Shown: positions 30,847-40,347 of the stretch, one piece after another
Numbering within the stretch: the stretch's first letter is position 1
How the letters are laid out: every line of letters starts with the position of its first letter
DNA from: an uncultured Bacilli bacterium
GTDB taxonomy: Bacteria; Bacillota_I; Bacilli_A; RF39; UBA660
Assembly: GCA_947629165.1 (NCBI GenBank)
Contig: CANRCR010000002.1
Location: forward strand, 4,845-68,844
Length of the DNA stretch: 64,000 bases
Direction: 5' to 3'
Made by a program: the position numbers and the translations under genes
Notes under the pieces: model-generated
Databases searched by the model: none
Seen by the model: only the letters and a program-made list of their open reading frames with translations
What the model was told of the DNA's origin: nothing

Positions 30847-31764
30847 ATGGAATCAGGAAATATTTGGGGTTCACTTGAAAATACTACCCCATCTGTAATG
30901 GTAGAAAATCGAAAAACACTTTCCGTTAATAACTTGCGCATCTATTTAGCGATGACTCCCACCCAAGAAATAAATAAAGATACATTCTTCGATTACTTTC
31001 GTGAAAATAGTCTAGAAAAGCCTTTAGAGGGAACCGAATACTATTTACCACACGCCCTCTTTCATTATCCGATCGAAGATGAAAAAATACTAGCCATAAT
31101 GGACTTCTTGTTTGAATATACTTCTCCCTATGTATTGACGGAAAAAACCGGAATGAACTATTTACAAAGTATTTTTACAAGACCGGAAGCGCTCGAGGAA
31201 GAAACGATTAAAACGATATTAAAACAAGCGAGCGAAGTAAAAGCAGACTTTAATCATCGCGATAACGAATGGAATACCGTCCTACACTGGGCACTAGTAG
31301 GAAATGGTTACAGTGATAGTATTGATAAATTGTATCCGTATTTTCCTAAAGATTTCTATGTCGCAACAGGACCTCATCAGAATGACTGTGCGATCAATTC
31401 GTTCAATCGGGAAGGAATTACCGTTTATGATTTAGCCAAAATTATTCTAGCTCGGGTAAGTATAACCTTCGAAAATCACGCCAATTTTGATTATTACAGC
31501 AAAGATTGGAGAAGAGTATACGAATCCTATACCGATGGTTATAAATGGGCAAGAGAACCGAATCGCCAAGGAAGATTATTAAATAGTTATTTTAGTCATA
31601 CGATCGGATATAGTCTACGGCATTTAGGAACCGATTCAATGATTTCATTTGACCGTTACCATAATAAAACATATGACATTTGTTTAAGTGATTTTGCACC
31701 CGTATTTCAAACGAGAAAATTAAAAAAGTTAGGTACTTATCACACGCCTGAAACAAAAGAATAG
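30847..31764 (+). CDS. Hypothetical protein, possibly ankyrin-repeat-like; third gene of the operon.
   Basis: ATG at 30847 preceded by RBS AAAAGGAGAA. Segment NTVLHWALVGNGYSDSIDKLY resembles an ANK repeat. Confidence 0.45.
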   Translation: MESGNIWGSLENTTPSVMVENRKTLSVNNLRIYLAMTPTQEINKDTFFDYFRENSLEKPLEGTEYYLPHALFHYPIEDEKILAIMDFLFEYTSPYVLTEKTGMNYLQSIFTRPEALEEETIKTILKQASEVKADFNHRDNEWNTVLHWALVGNGYSDSIDKLYPYFPKDFYVATGPHQNDCAINSFNREGITVYDLAKIILARVSITFENHANFDYYSKDWRRVYESYTDGYKWAREPNRQGRLLNSYFSHTIGYSLRHLGTDSMISFDRYHNKTYDICLSDFAPVFQTRKLKKLGTYHTPETKE

Positions 31765-31789
31765 AAACCGAGAAAGGTTTCTTTTTTTA
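31765..31789 (+). terminator. Intrinsic terminator closing the three-gene operon.
   Basis: GAAACC GAGAAA GGTTTC followed by TTTTTTT. Confidence 0.7.
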
Positions 31790-31825
31790 CGTCAAGTTAA
31801 AAGAAAAAGACGAAATTCGCGAACG

Positions 31826-31891
31826 TTCGACAGAACTTGACAAAACTAGCTAATATCCGCTGTTTCTTTTTGTATTTATTTCGTGTATAAT
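31826..31891 (+). promoter_or_regulatory. spo0A upstream region: candidate 0A box plus promoter elements.
   Basis: TTCGACA at 31826-31832 (reverse complement TGTCGAA, the Spo0A box consensus); TTGACA at 31837-31842; extended -10 TGTATAAT ending at 31891. Confidence 0.4.
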
Positions 31892-31924
31892 GATAATTGC
31901 GTGGTAGTAAGAAAGGAAGAATAT

Positions 31925-32704
31925 ATGAATAAAATAAGACTACTCATGATTGATGATAACGTCGAACTTGTAAAGATGACGGAGGAGTACTTTAAGAATC
32001 ACGCTACAATTGAAATTGCTTTATCGGCAAACAATGGCGAAGATGGACTTAAAATGATCGAAGAAAAACAAGCGGAATACGATGTGCTAGTACTCGACTT
32101 AGTAATGCCCAAAAAAGATGGAATTTCCGTATTAGAAGAAATGCGAAGAAAAGGAATTGATAAGAAAACAATTGTCTTAACCTCGTACAATGCTCCTGAA
32201 ATGATCCGTAAGGTTTCGGAATTAGGAGCCAGTTACTTTATCTTAAAACCATTTGAATTAACGGAATTTGAAAGTAAAATAATCGATTGCACCAGTGCCA
32301 AAGACTATAAACGAAAAGCAATTGATATCTATCATAACAATCTGCAAATATCGATTACGAAAATTCTCCATGAATTAGGAGTACCTTCGCATATTAAAGG
32401 ATATCAGTATATCAGGGAAGGAATCATCATCCTCTACGAACACCCAGAGATTGTAGGCGGTATTACCAAAGAACTATATCCCGATATTGCGAAAAAGTTT
32501 GATACGACCGTATCCCGTGTAGAAAGAGCAATTCGTCATGCCATCGAAGTGAGTTGGAATCGCGGTAATTGGCAATTGATGGAAGAAATCTTTGGTCACA
32601 GTGTCGATATTGATAAAGCCAAACCAACCAATTCAGAATTCGTAGTTACCGTAGCAGATAAATTAAGATTGGAATTTCATAAACAGGGCGCATTTCAAGA
32701 CTAG
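31925..32704 (+). CDS. spo0A: Sporulation master regulator Spo0A.
   Basis: Receiver domain (LLMIDDN ... [10 protein letters not shown] ... K) and Spo0A-specific C-terminal domain ([32 protein letters not shown]). ATG at 31925 with RBS AGAAAGGAAG. Confidence 0.9.
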   Translation: MNKIRLLMIDDNVELVKMTEEYFKNHATIEIALSANNGEDGLKMIEEKQAEYDVLVLDLVMPKKDGISVLEEMRRKGIDKKTIVLTSYNAPEMIRKVSELGASYFILKPFELTEFESKIIDCTSAKDYKRKAIDIYHNNLQISITKILHELGVPSHIKGYQYIREGIIILYEHPEIVGGITKELYPDIAKKFDTTVSRVERAIRHAIEVSWNRGNWQLMEEIFGHSVDIDKAKPTNSEFVVTVADKLRLEFHKQGAFQD

Positions 32705-32777
32705 CAGTAATGGTCTTTTTTGTTGGCAAAAAAAGATTTCTATGATATAGTTAAGTTAGTAGTAGGGAGGAATTGGT

Positions 32778-33077
32778 ATGGAACCAAAGAAAAGAATATG
32801 TTATGACCGAAAAGTAGCAAATATAAAATCACAACTAAATAATTTAAAACAGGAGGTAATCGATGCCTTGTATTTAATTGATTCGACGAAAGAGGAAAAA
32901 GATACCGTAGAATTGATGCAAAGCGATGATTACGAACTATTATGTGATCTTTATTTTCGTCTTCCTGGAACGAGACCAACTCCATCACAAGAAGTAAAAG
33001 AAGAAAAAAAGGAAGAAGTAGCCAAACAAAAGGTATTAGGGTTTGGGAAACCGAAAACGATTCTACCGAAGGAATAA
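32778..33077 (+). CDS. Small hypothetical protein (99 aa).
   Basis: Strong RBS GGGAGGAATTGGT before ATG; preferred over the overlapping minus-strand ORF 32740..33126, which lacks an RBS. Confidence 0.4.
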   Translation: MEPKKRICYDRKVANIKSQLNNLKQEVIDALYLIDSTKEEKDTVELMQSDDYELLCDLYFRLPGTRPTPSQEVKEEKKEEVAKQKVLGFGKPKTILPKE

Positions 33078-33194
33078 TCCTTCTTTTTTTTGTCGAAAAA
33101 AGGGAAGTTTTATAACTTTTGGACAATATATTGACTATTATTTTTCGTTGTATTATACTTTAACTATAGTAAAATTGTTGGGAGGTAACGATTT

Positions 33195-34469
33195 ATGGAA
33201 CGAAAAATAATGAATGACTTACTTCGCTGGAAACGAGATGATAACCGTCGCCCATTACTCCTTTATGGAAATAAACAAGTAGGGAAAACCTATACGGTGC
33301 TTGAGTTTGGAGCGAAGGAATATAAATCTTGTGCTTACTTTAACTGTGAAAATAATTTAGAGCTACTAGAAATGCTCAAAAAAGAAAGTAGTATCGATAA
33401 AATAATTTTAAAACTATCAATGCTATCGGGAGAACAGATATTAAAACAAGATAGTCTTTTAGTGTTCGATAACGTCGAAGATATCGAAGTAGTTCGCATG
33501 GTAAAGAGAATCGGTAAAGAACAAAATGCCTATCATGTAATTATGATTACGTCTTCCAAAGATAATCTCAACCAGTTCAAGTCGGAAGAACTTCAATTTA
33601 AATACATGTTTGCCCTCGATTTTGAAGAATACTTAAAAGCCATTAAACAGGAGCAACTCATCGATTTTATTAAAGATTCTTACAAAAATAATAAACCGAT
33701 GCCATTCCATAATATAGCGCTCGATTATTATGAGAACTATATGATGACGGGAGGTTTTCCTGAAGCCGTGGCCACTTCACTTACGAGTGATCAACCACAA
33801 GCTTTAGCTATGGTTCACCAAAAGATTCTAGATTTATACCCAAAAGAGTTTATGCGCCAAGAACAACTAATCGATATGACCAGAGCGTTAGAAGTATTTC
33901 GAATAGTACCTTATCAACTAGTGAAACCCAATAAAAAATTTCAATACGGATTAATGCGTATGGGAAGTCGTGCCAAAGAATACTTTCAAGCCATTGACTT
34001 TTTAAGTAATAATAGTTACCTAAATCGTTGTTATAAGATTACGGAAGTAAAAGCGCCATTGAGTAAAAATAAAGATCCTGAGAGTTTTAAACTCTATGCA
34101 CCGGATACGGGACTTCTTTTTCACATGTTACATTTAAGTAAAATTCGTTACCTTGGAGATAATCGCTTTAAATATATTATCTATGAAAACGCACTTGCGA
34201 GCAGTATTTTAGCGGGAGGCTACAGCTTATATTATTATCAATCGGAAGGGAAAGCCGAAATTTCCTTTGTAGTACAAACTCGTGCTGGAAAAATTATTCC
34301 GATCGAGCTAGTTAATAAAAATGTTGCAAAGGCAAAATCACTAACCTTATTTATGAATAAATTCGATATTCACGAAGCAATTCGTGTTACCGAAGATAAT
34401 TTTAGTATGAAAAAAGGAGTAAAATATATTCCAATTTATGCAACGTTCTGTTTAAAAGACAATTTGTAG
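33195..34469 (+). CDS. AAA_14/DUF4143-family ATPase (COG1373-like).
   Basis: Walker A LLLYGNKQVGKTY near N-terminus; ~420 aa with a C-terminal DUF4143-like region. Confidence 0.65.
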   Translation: MERKIMNDLLRWKRDDNRRPLLLYGNKQVGKTYTVLEFGAKEYKSCAYFNCENNLELLEMLKKESSIDKIILKLSMLSGEQILKQDSLLVFDNVEDIEVVRMVKRIGKEQNAYHVIMITSSKDNLNQFKSEELQFKYMFALDFEEYLKAIKQEQLIDFIKDSYKNNKPMPFHNIALDYYENYMMTGGFPEAVATSLTSDQPQALAMVHQKILDLYPKEFMRQEQLIDMTRALEVFRIVPYQLVKPNKKFQYGLMRMGSRAKEYFQAIDFLSNNSYLNRCYKITEVKAPLSKNKDPESFKLYAPDTGLLFHMLHLSKIRYLGDNRFKYIIYENALASSILAGGYSLYYYQSEGKAEISFVVQTRAGKIIPIELVNKNVAKAKSLTLFMNKFDIHEAIRVTEDNFSMKKGVKYIPIYATFCLKDNL

Positions 34470-34478
34470 GAGGATAAA

Positions 34479-35972
34479 ATGAAACCGTTAGTATTATGTA
34501 TTTTAGATGGATGTGGAATTCGCGAAAGTGAATATGGGAATGCTTTTTTACAAGCTAATAAACCGAATTACGATGCCCTTTTAAGGGAGTTTCCAAACTG
34601 TAAACTAGAAGCCAGTGGTCAAGCGGTAGGACTTCCGAAAGGACAGATGGGAAACAGTGAAGTAGGCCATATGAATATGGGAGCAGGAAGAATTGTTTAT
34701 CAACCACTCGAACTCATCAATAAAAGTATTTTAGAAAAAGACTTCTTTGAAAATGAACATCTAAAGAAAGTTATTCGTCATACCAAAGAGAATCACTCGA
34801 AGCTTCATGTGATGGGCTTGATAAGTGATGGAGGAGTGCATTCGCATATCGACCATTTGATGGCTGTCCTCGATCTTTGTGAAAAAGAAGGAGTCGAAGA
34901 CTTATATCTTCACTTGTTTACCGATGGAAGAGATGTACAACCGACGACTTCTTATTCCTATATTGCCCAAGTGGAAGACAAATTAAAAGCGATCAACCGT
35001 GGTAAGATTGCTTCTATTTCAGGAAGATATTATGCAATGGACCGTGATAATAACTACGACCGCCTATTAAAAGCGTACGATGTAATCGTAAACGATAAAG
35101 GAGAAAAACAACCTTCGATTAAAGACTTTATCGATCAAAGTTATGCGCAAGGAATTACCGATGAATTTTTACTTCCAACGAAGTTCGTCGACGGTGGAAA
35201 TGTCACTGAAAACGATGGTATTATTGTCTTCAATTACCGAAGAGATCGCTTACGTGAATTATTTACGGCAATCACGAACCCAGAATTTAATGAGATGCCG
35301 GTCACTAAATTCCAAAATGTGAAAGTAGTAACGATGTTACCGGTGGTTGAATCCGTCAAAGCGGACCATGCTTATGACAATCCAGATTTAAAGAATTTAC
35401 TTGGAGAGTACCTTGCCAAAGAAGGAAAGTCACAACTTCGAATTGCTGAAACGGAAAAATATGCACATGTTACTTTTTTCTTTGATGGAGGAAAAGAAGA
35501 AGATTATCCAAACGAAAAGAAAATCTTAATTCCATCTCCGAAAGTTGCTACCTACGATTTAAAACCATCGATGAGTTGTAACGAAGTAACGGATGCTCTT
35601 TTAAAAGAACTCGAAAACTTCGATGTCGTTATTTTAAACTTTGCAAATGGTGACATGTTAGGACATACAGGAGTATTAGAAGCGGCTAAATCAGCTATCG
35701 AAACTGTCGACGGTAATCTAGGAAGAATTTACGAAAAAGTAAAAGCCCTAGGAGGTGTCATGTTAATTACAGCCGATCATGGTAACTGTGAAGAAATGCT
35801 CGATGCGGACGGAAACGTTTTAACTTCACATACCACGAATTTAGTACGCATGATTATAACGAAGGAAAATCTTACCTTGCACGATGGTAAATTAGCGGAT
35901 ATTGCGCCAACAATGTTAAAACTTTTAGAACTTGAACAACCGAAAGAAATGACAGGAGTTCCATTATTTTAA
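34479..35972 (+). CDS. gpmI: 2,3-bisphosphoglycerate-independent phosphoglycerate mutase.
   Basis: N-terminus LCILDGCG; NSEVGHMNMGAGRIVYQ; C-terminal metal-binding DHGN motif; 497 aa. Confidence 0.95.
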   Translation: MKPLVLCILDGCGIRESEYGNAFLQANKPNYDALLREFPNCKLEASGQAVGLPKGQMGNSEVGHMNMGAGRIVYQPLELINKSILEKDFFENEHLKKVIRHTKENHSKLHVMGLISDGGVHSHIDHLMAVLDLCEKEGVEDLYLHLFTDGRDVQPTTSYSYIAQVEDKLKAINRGKIASISGRYYAMDRDNNYDRLLKAYDVIVNDKGEKQPSIKDFIDQSYAQGITDEFLLPTKFVDGGNVTENDGIIVFNYRRDRLRELFTAITNPEFNEMPVTKFQNVKVVTMLPVVESVKADHAYDNPDLKNLLGEYLAKEGKSQLRIAETEKYAHVTFFFDGGKEEDYPNEKKILIPSPKVATYDLKPSMSCNEVTDALLKELENFDVVILNFANGDMLGHTGVLEAAKSAIETVDGNLGRIYEKVKALGGVMLITADHGNCEEMLDADGNVLTSHTTNLVRMIITKENLTLHDGKLADIAPTMLKLLELEQPKEMTGVPLF

Positions 35973-35981
35973 AATAATAAA

Positions 35982-36010
35982 TAATCCACCTTTTCAGTGG
36001 ATTATTTTTT
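35982..36010 (+). terminator. Intrinsic terminator after gpmI.
   Basis: AATCCAC CTTTTCA GTGGATT followed by ATTTTTTG. Confidence 0.7.
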
Positions 36011-36011
36011 G

Positions 36012-36041
36012 TTGAATTAATAGAACGTACGTTTTATAATA
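36012..36041 (+). promoter_or_regulatory. dinB promoter with overlapping LexA (Cheo) box.
   Basis: -35 TTGAAT (36012-17), 18 nt spacer, -10 TATAAT (36036-41). AGAACGTACGTTTT at 36022-36035 resembles the Firmicute LexA box CGAACRNRYGTTYC (GAAC-N4-GTTT). Confidence 0.5.
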
Positions 36042-36063
36042 AAAGAAAAGAGGTGATTTCTTT

Positions 36064-37284
36064 ATGGACAAGAAACGAGTTATCTTTCACGTCGATGTAA
36101 ACAACGCTTTCCTATCTTGGACGGCAGTAAAAATGTTACAAGAAGGATCCGAAATAGATATTCGAACGATTCCATCTGTTATTGGAGGAGACGAACAAGA
36201 ACGAAGAGGAATTGTTTTAGCGAAATCACCCGTTGCTAAAAAATATGGTATCACGACTGCCGAAACCCTCTATTCGGCAAGAAAGAAATGTCCTTCTTTA
36301 AAAACATTTCCATCCGACCACGAATGGTACCGCAAAAAGTCACAAGAATTGTATCAATATTTTTTGACGATTACGCCCAATGTAGAACCTTTTTCTATCG
36401 ATGAAAGTTTTCTCGATATGAGTGGAATGACTTATCTTCATAAAGATCTCATTGCCTTTGCGCATGAAATGAAAGATGAAATCTATCGTCGCTTTGGGTA
36501 TACGGTAAATATCGGAATTGCTAATTCGAAACTCTGTGCAAAAATGGCCTCCGACTTTGAAAAACCGAACAAAGTACATACGCTTTTTGACGATGAAATA
36601 GAGACCAAAATGTGGCCTTTACCCGTTTCAGATCTATTTATGATTGGAAAGTCTTCGAGTGAAAAATTAAATCAGCTAGGAATACATACGATCGGTGATT
36701 TAGCCAAAACGGATTTAAATTTACTACGGAAATACTTCAAATCATTTTCGATTACCATGCATAATTATGCCAACGGAATCGACGATAGTTTAGTGGAAAA
36801 AAGAAAGACAAAAAGTAAAAGTATCTCTACGACCGAAACTTTATCCACCGACACAGTGGATAAAAAAGTTTTAAAAAAGATTTTATTAAAACAAGTCGAA
36901 GAAGTAGGAAGAGATTTAAGAAAACAAGGTTTTTATGCATCGACTGTCGCCGTTATCTTAAGAACCAAAGATTTTGTAGACTATTCCCATCAAATGAAAT
37001 TACCCAACGCTACCAACGTAAGTGAAGAAATTTACGAGACGGTTATCCACTTGTTTGACCGTGCCTATCGAGGTGAACCGATTCGTTTGATTGGAGTACG
37101 TCTTGCCGACTTTTCCCTCGAAAAGATAAAACAAGTTTCCTTTTTTGAAAAACCACACGAAGTAGAAAATGAAAAGGTTCAAAAAGCCATGGATGAAATC
37201 AAAGATAAATATGGCGTAACGAGTATTATTCCAGCAAGTCTTTTAAATACGGAAAAAAAGAGCAAGAAAGATAAATTAGATTGA
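36064..37284 (+). CDS. dinB: Y-family DNA polymerase (DinB/Pol IV-like).
   Basis: IFHVDVNNAF N-terminus, catalytic SIDESFLD motif, little-finger domain; 406 aa. Confidence 0.85.
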   Translation: MDKKRVIFHVDVNNAFLSWTAVKMLQEGSEIDIRTIPSVIGGDEQERRGIVLAKSPVAKKYGITTAETLYSARKKCPSLKTFPSDHEWYRKKSQELYQYFLTITPNVEPFSIDESFLDMSGMTYLHKDLIAFAHEMKDEIYRRFGYTVNIGIANSKLCAKMASDFEKPNKVHTLFDDEIETKMWPLPVSDLFMIGKSSSEKLNQLGIHTIGDLAKTDLNLLRKYFKSFSITMHNYANGIDDSLVEKRKTKSKSISTTETLSTDTVDKKVLKKILLKQVEEVGRDLRKQGFYASTVAVILRTKDFVDYSHQMKLPNATNVSEEIYETVIHLFDRAYRGEPIRLIGVRLADFSLEKIKQVSFFEKPHEVENEKVQKAMDEIKDKYGVTSIIPASLLNTEKKSKKDKLD

Positions 37285-37309
37285 CAAAAAAGACTTCCTT
37301 CCATAAAAT
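37281..37309 (+). promoter_or_regulatory. Internal promoter at the 3' end of dinB driving the downstream small gene.
   Basis: TTGACA (37281-86), 17 nt spacer, TAAAAT (37304-09). Confidence 0.4.
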
Positions 37310-37343
37310 AATAAGTTATTCAAGAAGAAAGAAGGACAAGAAT

Positions 37344-37694
37344 ATGAGAGATTTAGAAGAAATTAAAACTGAAAAAGACCAAAAAAGTAGTGAATTAGTA
37401 GATCTTATTGCAGAACTCCTTTCTAGTGGAGAATTGACAGAAGATTTAAAAACACGTTTTATTCAAACGACGACCGATTTATGTTATAACGAAAGAGATT
37501 TTTATGATTTCCGTGAAAAAGTACCTCAATTAGCGGAAGAAAAAGCCGATGAAGTAATTGAAGTAATGCGAAAAGTTGCTCAAAGAGTCGAGGAAACAGA
37601 ACGTGAAAAACAAACCCAAAAAGAAATCAAACAATATTATAAAAGACCTTTTGGTATTCGGATTAATATCCGTTCCAATAAGAAAGCAAAATAG
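37344..37694 (+). CDS. Small hypothetical protein (116 aa), possibly YolD-like accessory to the Y-family polymerase.
   Basis: ATG at 37344 with RBS GAAAGAAGGA; position immediately downstream of the polymerase resembles yqjW-yqjX-type pairs (inference). Confidence 0.35.
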   Translation: MRDLEEIKTEKDQKSSELVDLIAELLSSGELTEDLKTRFIQTTTDLCYNERDFYDFREKVPQLAEEKADEVIEVMRKVAQRVEETEREKQTQKEIKQYYKRPFGIRINIRSNKKAK

Positions 37695-37702
37695 GAATTA
37701 AA

Positions 37703-38338
37703 ATGGAAAATAAATTACAAAATAGTTTAGAAGATGCTTTGAATTTATTACTAAAACAAAAAATGACACCGGAGATAGAACAGACGATTAAAGTGATAAC
37801 TTCCGAGTTGGCGTGGTTAAGTATAGCGCCTCCAACCCAAGAACAAATCCTAGAAATGGCACCTGCTAACCTTGAAGAAGAATATGTAGTAACAAAAAAC
37901 GACGTAAAACAAGAAAGAAAAGGTTTGTTAGAATATTATGAACCGTCGGTAGTGCTCGAAAAAAATGAACGGAAACAGTATTTAAGATGTTTAAGAGCAG
38001 AAATACTAGATCGAATTGATCATGCGCCTAAAATTTATTATGGAGATAGTGAAGACTATACATTTTCGTTTCAATTCCAATTTAAATTGGCGATGGAAGC
38101 AATGGAACAAAAAACGGGAAAAGCTTTTTTCTATCCGGAATTACACCCTTCGGCCTATTTAAATGATTATGCAAAATTAGAAGCACTAATGAATAGTGGC
38201 GCAAGAAGAACCAAGGAATATCTTTATCAACACGGATATCTTACTTATAACCCACGGGAAGTACCTAAAGTACTCGAACGACTTAAAGTAACTGATAAAG
38301 GGAAAACTTATATTAAAACAATAAGAGAAAAAAATTAG
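37703..38338 (+). CDS. Hypothetical protein (211 aa).
   Basis: ORF followed by hairpin terminator. Confidence 0.45.
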   Translation: MENKLQNSLEDALNLLLKQKMTPEIEQTIKVITSELAWLSIAPPTQEQILEMAPANLEEEYVVTKNDVKQERKGLLEYYEPSVVLEKNERKQYLRCLRAEILDRIDHAPKIYYGDSEDYTFSFQFQFKLAMEAMEQKTGKAFFYPELHPSAYLNDYAKLEALMNSGARRTKEYLYQHGYLTYNPREVPKVLERLKVTDKGKTYIKTIREKN

Positions 38339-38362
38339 GCAAAGAAGGATCTTTGCCTTTTT
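38338..38362 (+). terminator. Intrinsic terminator.
   Basis: GGCAAAG AAGGAT CTTTGCC followed by TTTTTG. Confidence 0.7.
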
Positions 38363-38407
38363 GCATAAAATGAAGTGTAAAAAAAATAAAAAAATTATTA
38401 AAAAACA

Positions 38408-38561
38408 CTTGTCAATTAAGGAAAACGTATGCTATAATTGGTTTCGTGTGGCTGCTTAGATGTGGGAGGTTGTCGATACACCCGGATAAGTTGTTCGGAT
38501 GTCATCGGGTTATTCACACGGAGCAAGTCTATACTAGATATAGGCGAAGGGAGGATTTAAA
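38408..38561 (+). promoter_or_regulatory. S10 operon promoter and ~120-nt structured 5' leader.
   Basis: -35 TTGTCA (38408-13), extended -10 TGCTATAAT (38429-37). The leader contains several complementary segments before the rpsJ RBS GGGAGGA. Confidence 0.55.
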
Positions 38562-38870
38562 ATGTCAAAGGAAAAAGTTCGTATCAAGTTAAAAAGTTAT
38601 GAACACGGAATGTTAGATAATGCCGCAACAAAAATAGTAGAAACTGTAAAGAGATCAGGTGGAGAAATCAGTGGACCAGTACCACTACCAACTGAAATTG
38701 AAAAGTACACGATCTTAAGAGCGGTACACAAATACAAAGATTCTCGTGAACAATTCGAGATGCGTACACACAAGAGACTTATTGATATCAAGAATCCAAG
38801 CAAGGAAACAATTGAGGCACTAACTCATTTAGATTTACCAAGCGGTGTTGATATTGAAATCAAACTATAA
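38562..38870 (+). CDS. rpsJ: 30S ribosomal protein S10.
   Basis: Sequence identity to S10 ([15 protein letters not shown]...). Confidence 0.95.
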   Translation: MSKEKVRIKLKSYEHGMLDNAATKIVETVKRSGGEISGPVPLPTEIEKYTILRAVHKYKDSREQFEMRTHKRLIDIKNPSKETIEALTHLDLPSGVDIEIKL

Positions 38871-38891
38871 ATAATTTAGGAGGAAAAGGAA

Positions 38892-39677
38892 ATGAAAGGA
38901 ATCTTAGGTAAAAAAATTGGAATGACTCAAGTTTTTACAAAAACAGGTAAATTGATTCCAGTTACGGTTATTGAAGTAGAACCAAACGTAGTAACCCAAA
39001 TTAAAACAAAAGAAACCGATGGTTACGAAGCAATTCAATTAGGCACTCAAACCGTAAGAGAAAAAATCAGTAACAAACCTAAAATGGGTCATACAAAAAA
39101 AGCGAATACAGAACCTAAGCGCTTCTTAAGAGAAATTAGGGGAGTAAACGTTAGTGATTATACGTTAGGACAAGTACTTGATGCCAGCGTATTTAAAGAA
39201 GGCGAAATCGTCGATGTTACGGGTACAAGTAAAGGTAAAGGATACCAAGGTGTTATTAAACGTTGGAATCAAACAAGAGGTCCAATGGGACATGGTTCAC
39301 AATACCACAGAGGTGTTGGATCGATGGGAACCTTATTACCAATGCACGTATTAAAAGGTAAGAAATTACCAGGTCATATGGGAAATCAAACGAGAACAGT
39401 ACAAAACCTTGAAGTAGTATCGGTTGATTTAGAAAACAACGTTATTTTAATAAAAGGTAACGTTCCAGGACCAAAGAAATCTTTAGTTATCATTAGAACG
39501 GCCGTTAAAAAAGGAGAAAAAGTAAATCCTCAAGAAGAATTGATGATTTATGAAGAAGAAGTAGAAACCACGGAAGAAGCTCCTGAAACCGTTGATACTA
39601 ACGAAGCTACTGAAGAGACGACCGAAGAAACAACTGATGAAGCAAAAGAAGAATCATCACAAGAAGTTACGGAATAG
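38892..39677 (+). CDS. rplC: 50S ribosomal protein L3 with unusual ~50-aa acidic C-terminal extension.
   Basis: L3 core ([15 protein letters not shown]...); tail [41 protein letters not shown]. Confidence 0.9.
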   Translation: MKGILGKKIGMTQVFTKTGKLIPVTVIEVEPNVVTQIKTKETDGYEAIQLGTQTVREKISNKPKMGHTKKANTEPKRFLREIRGVNVSDYTLGQVLDASVFKEGEIVDVTGTSKGKGYQGVIKRWNQTRGPMGHGSQYHRGVGSMGTLLPMHVLKGKKLPGHMGNQTRTVQNLEVVSVDLENNVILIKGNVPGPKKSLVIIRTAVKKGEKVNPQEELMIYEEEVETTEEAPETVDTNEATEETTEETTDEAKEESSQEVTE

Positions 39678-39721
39678 TAGATGATCGAAAAAACGAATTG
39701 TGATGAAAGGAGGAAATAAAG

Positions 39722-40345
39722 ATGGAAAAAGTAAATCTTTTAAATACGAAAGGTGAAAAACTTAAGGACATTAAATTAAATAAAGAAGTGTTCGGAATCG
39801 AACCAAACGATAAAGTTTTATATGATGCTGTTATTTTAGCAAGAGCATCGTTAAGACAAGGAACACACAGTACGAAAAATCGTAGTGAAGTTAGTGGCGG
39901 TGGAAGAAAACCATGGCGCCAAAAAGGAACGGGTCATGCTCGTCAAGGATCAATTAGAGCCGTTCAATGGGTAGGTGGAGGAAGATACGGAACTCCAGTA
40001 CCTCGTGATTATAGTAAGAAACAAAACCGTAAAGAACGTCGTTTAGCATTAAGAACTGCATTAACGACGATTGCGAATGAAGGAAGAATAATCGTATTAG
40101 ATGATCTTAAATTTAAAACTCCAAAAACAAAAGAAATGCTCGAAGTTTTAAAAGCGTTAAAATTGGATGATAAAAAAGATCTAATCGTTGTAAAAGAATT
40201 AGAAGAAAATACGATTTTAGCATCACGCAACCTTCAAAACGTAATGCTTATGGAGCCAAGTGAAATCAATGCATTAGATTTAGTGGCTTGTGATTACTTA
40301 GTAGTAACCGAAGAAGCATTAAAAACTATTGAGGAGGTGTGCTAG
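39722..40345 (+). CDS. rplD: 50S ribosomal protein L4.
   Basis: L4 sequence ([15 protein letters not shown]). Confidence 0.95.
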   Translation: MEKVNLLNTKGEKLKDIKLNKEVFGIEPNDKVLYDAVILARASLRQGTHSTKNRSEVSGGGRKPWRQKGTGHARQGSIRAVQWVGGGRYGTPVPRDYSKKQNRKERRLALRTALTTIANEGRIIVLDDLKFKTPKTKEMLEVLKALKLDDKKDLIVVKELEENTILASRNLQNVMLMEPSEINALDLVACDYLVVTEEALKTIEEVC

Positions 40346-40347
40346 TA

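Noticed and set aside
32740-33126. 128-aa minus-strand ORF overlapping the 99-aa plus-strand ORF.
   Set aside because: The plus-strand ORF has a strong RBS and the same orientation as all neighbours. The minus ORF has no RBS and a hydrophobic low-complexity translation.
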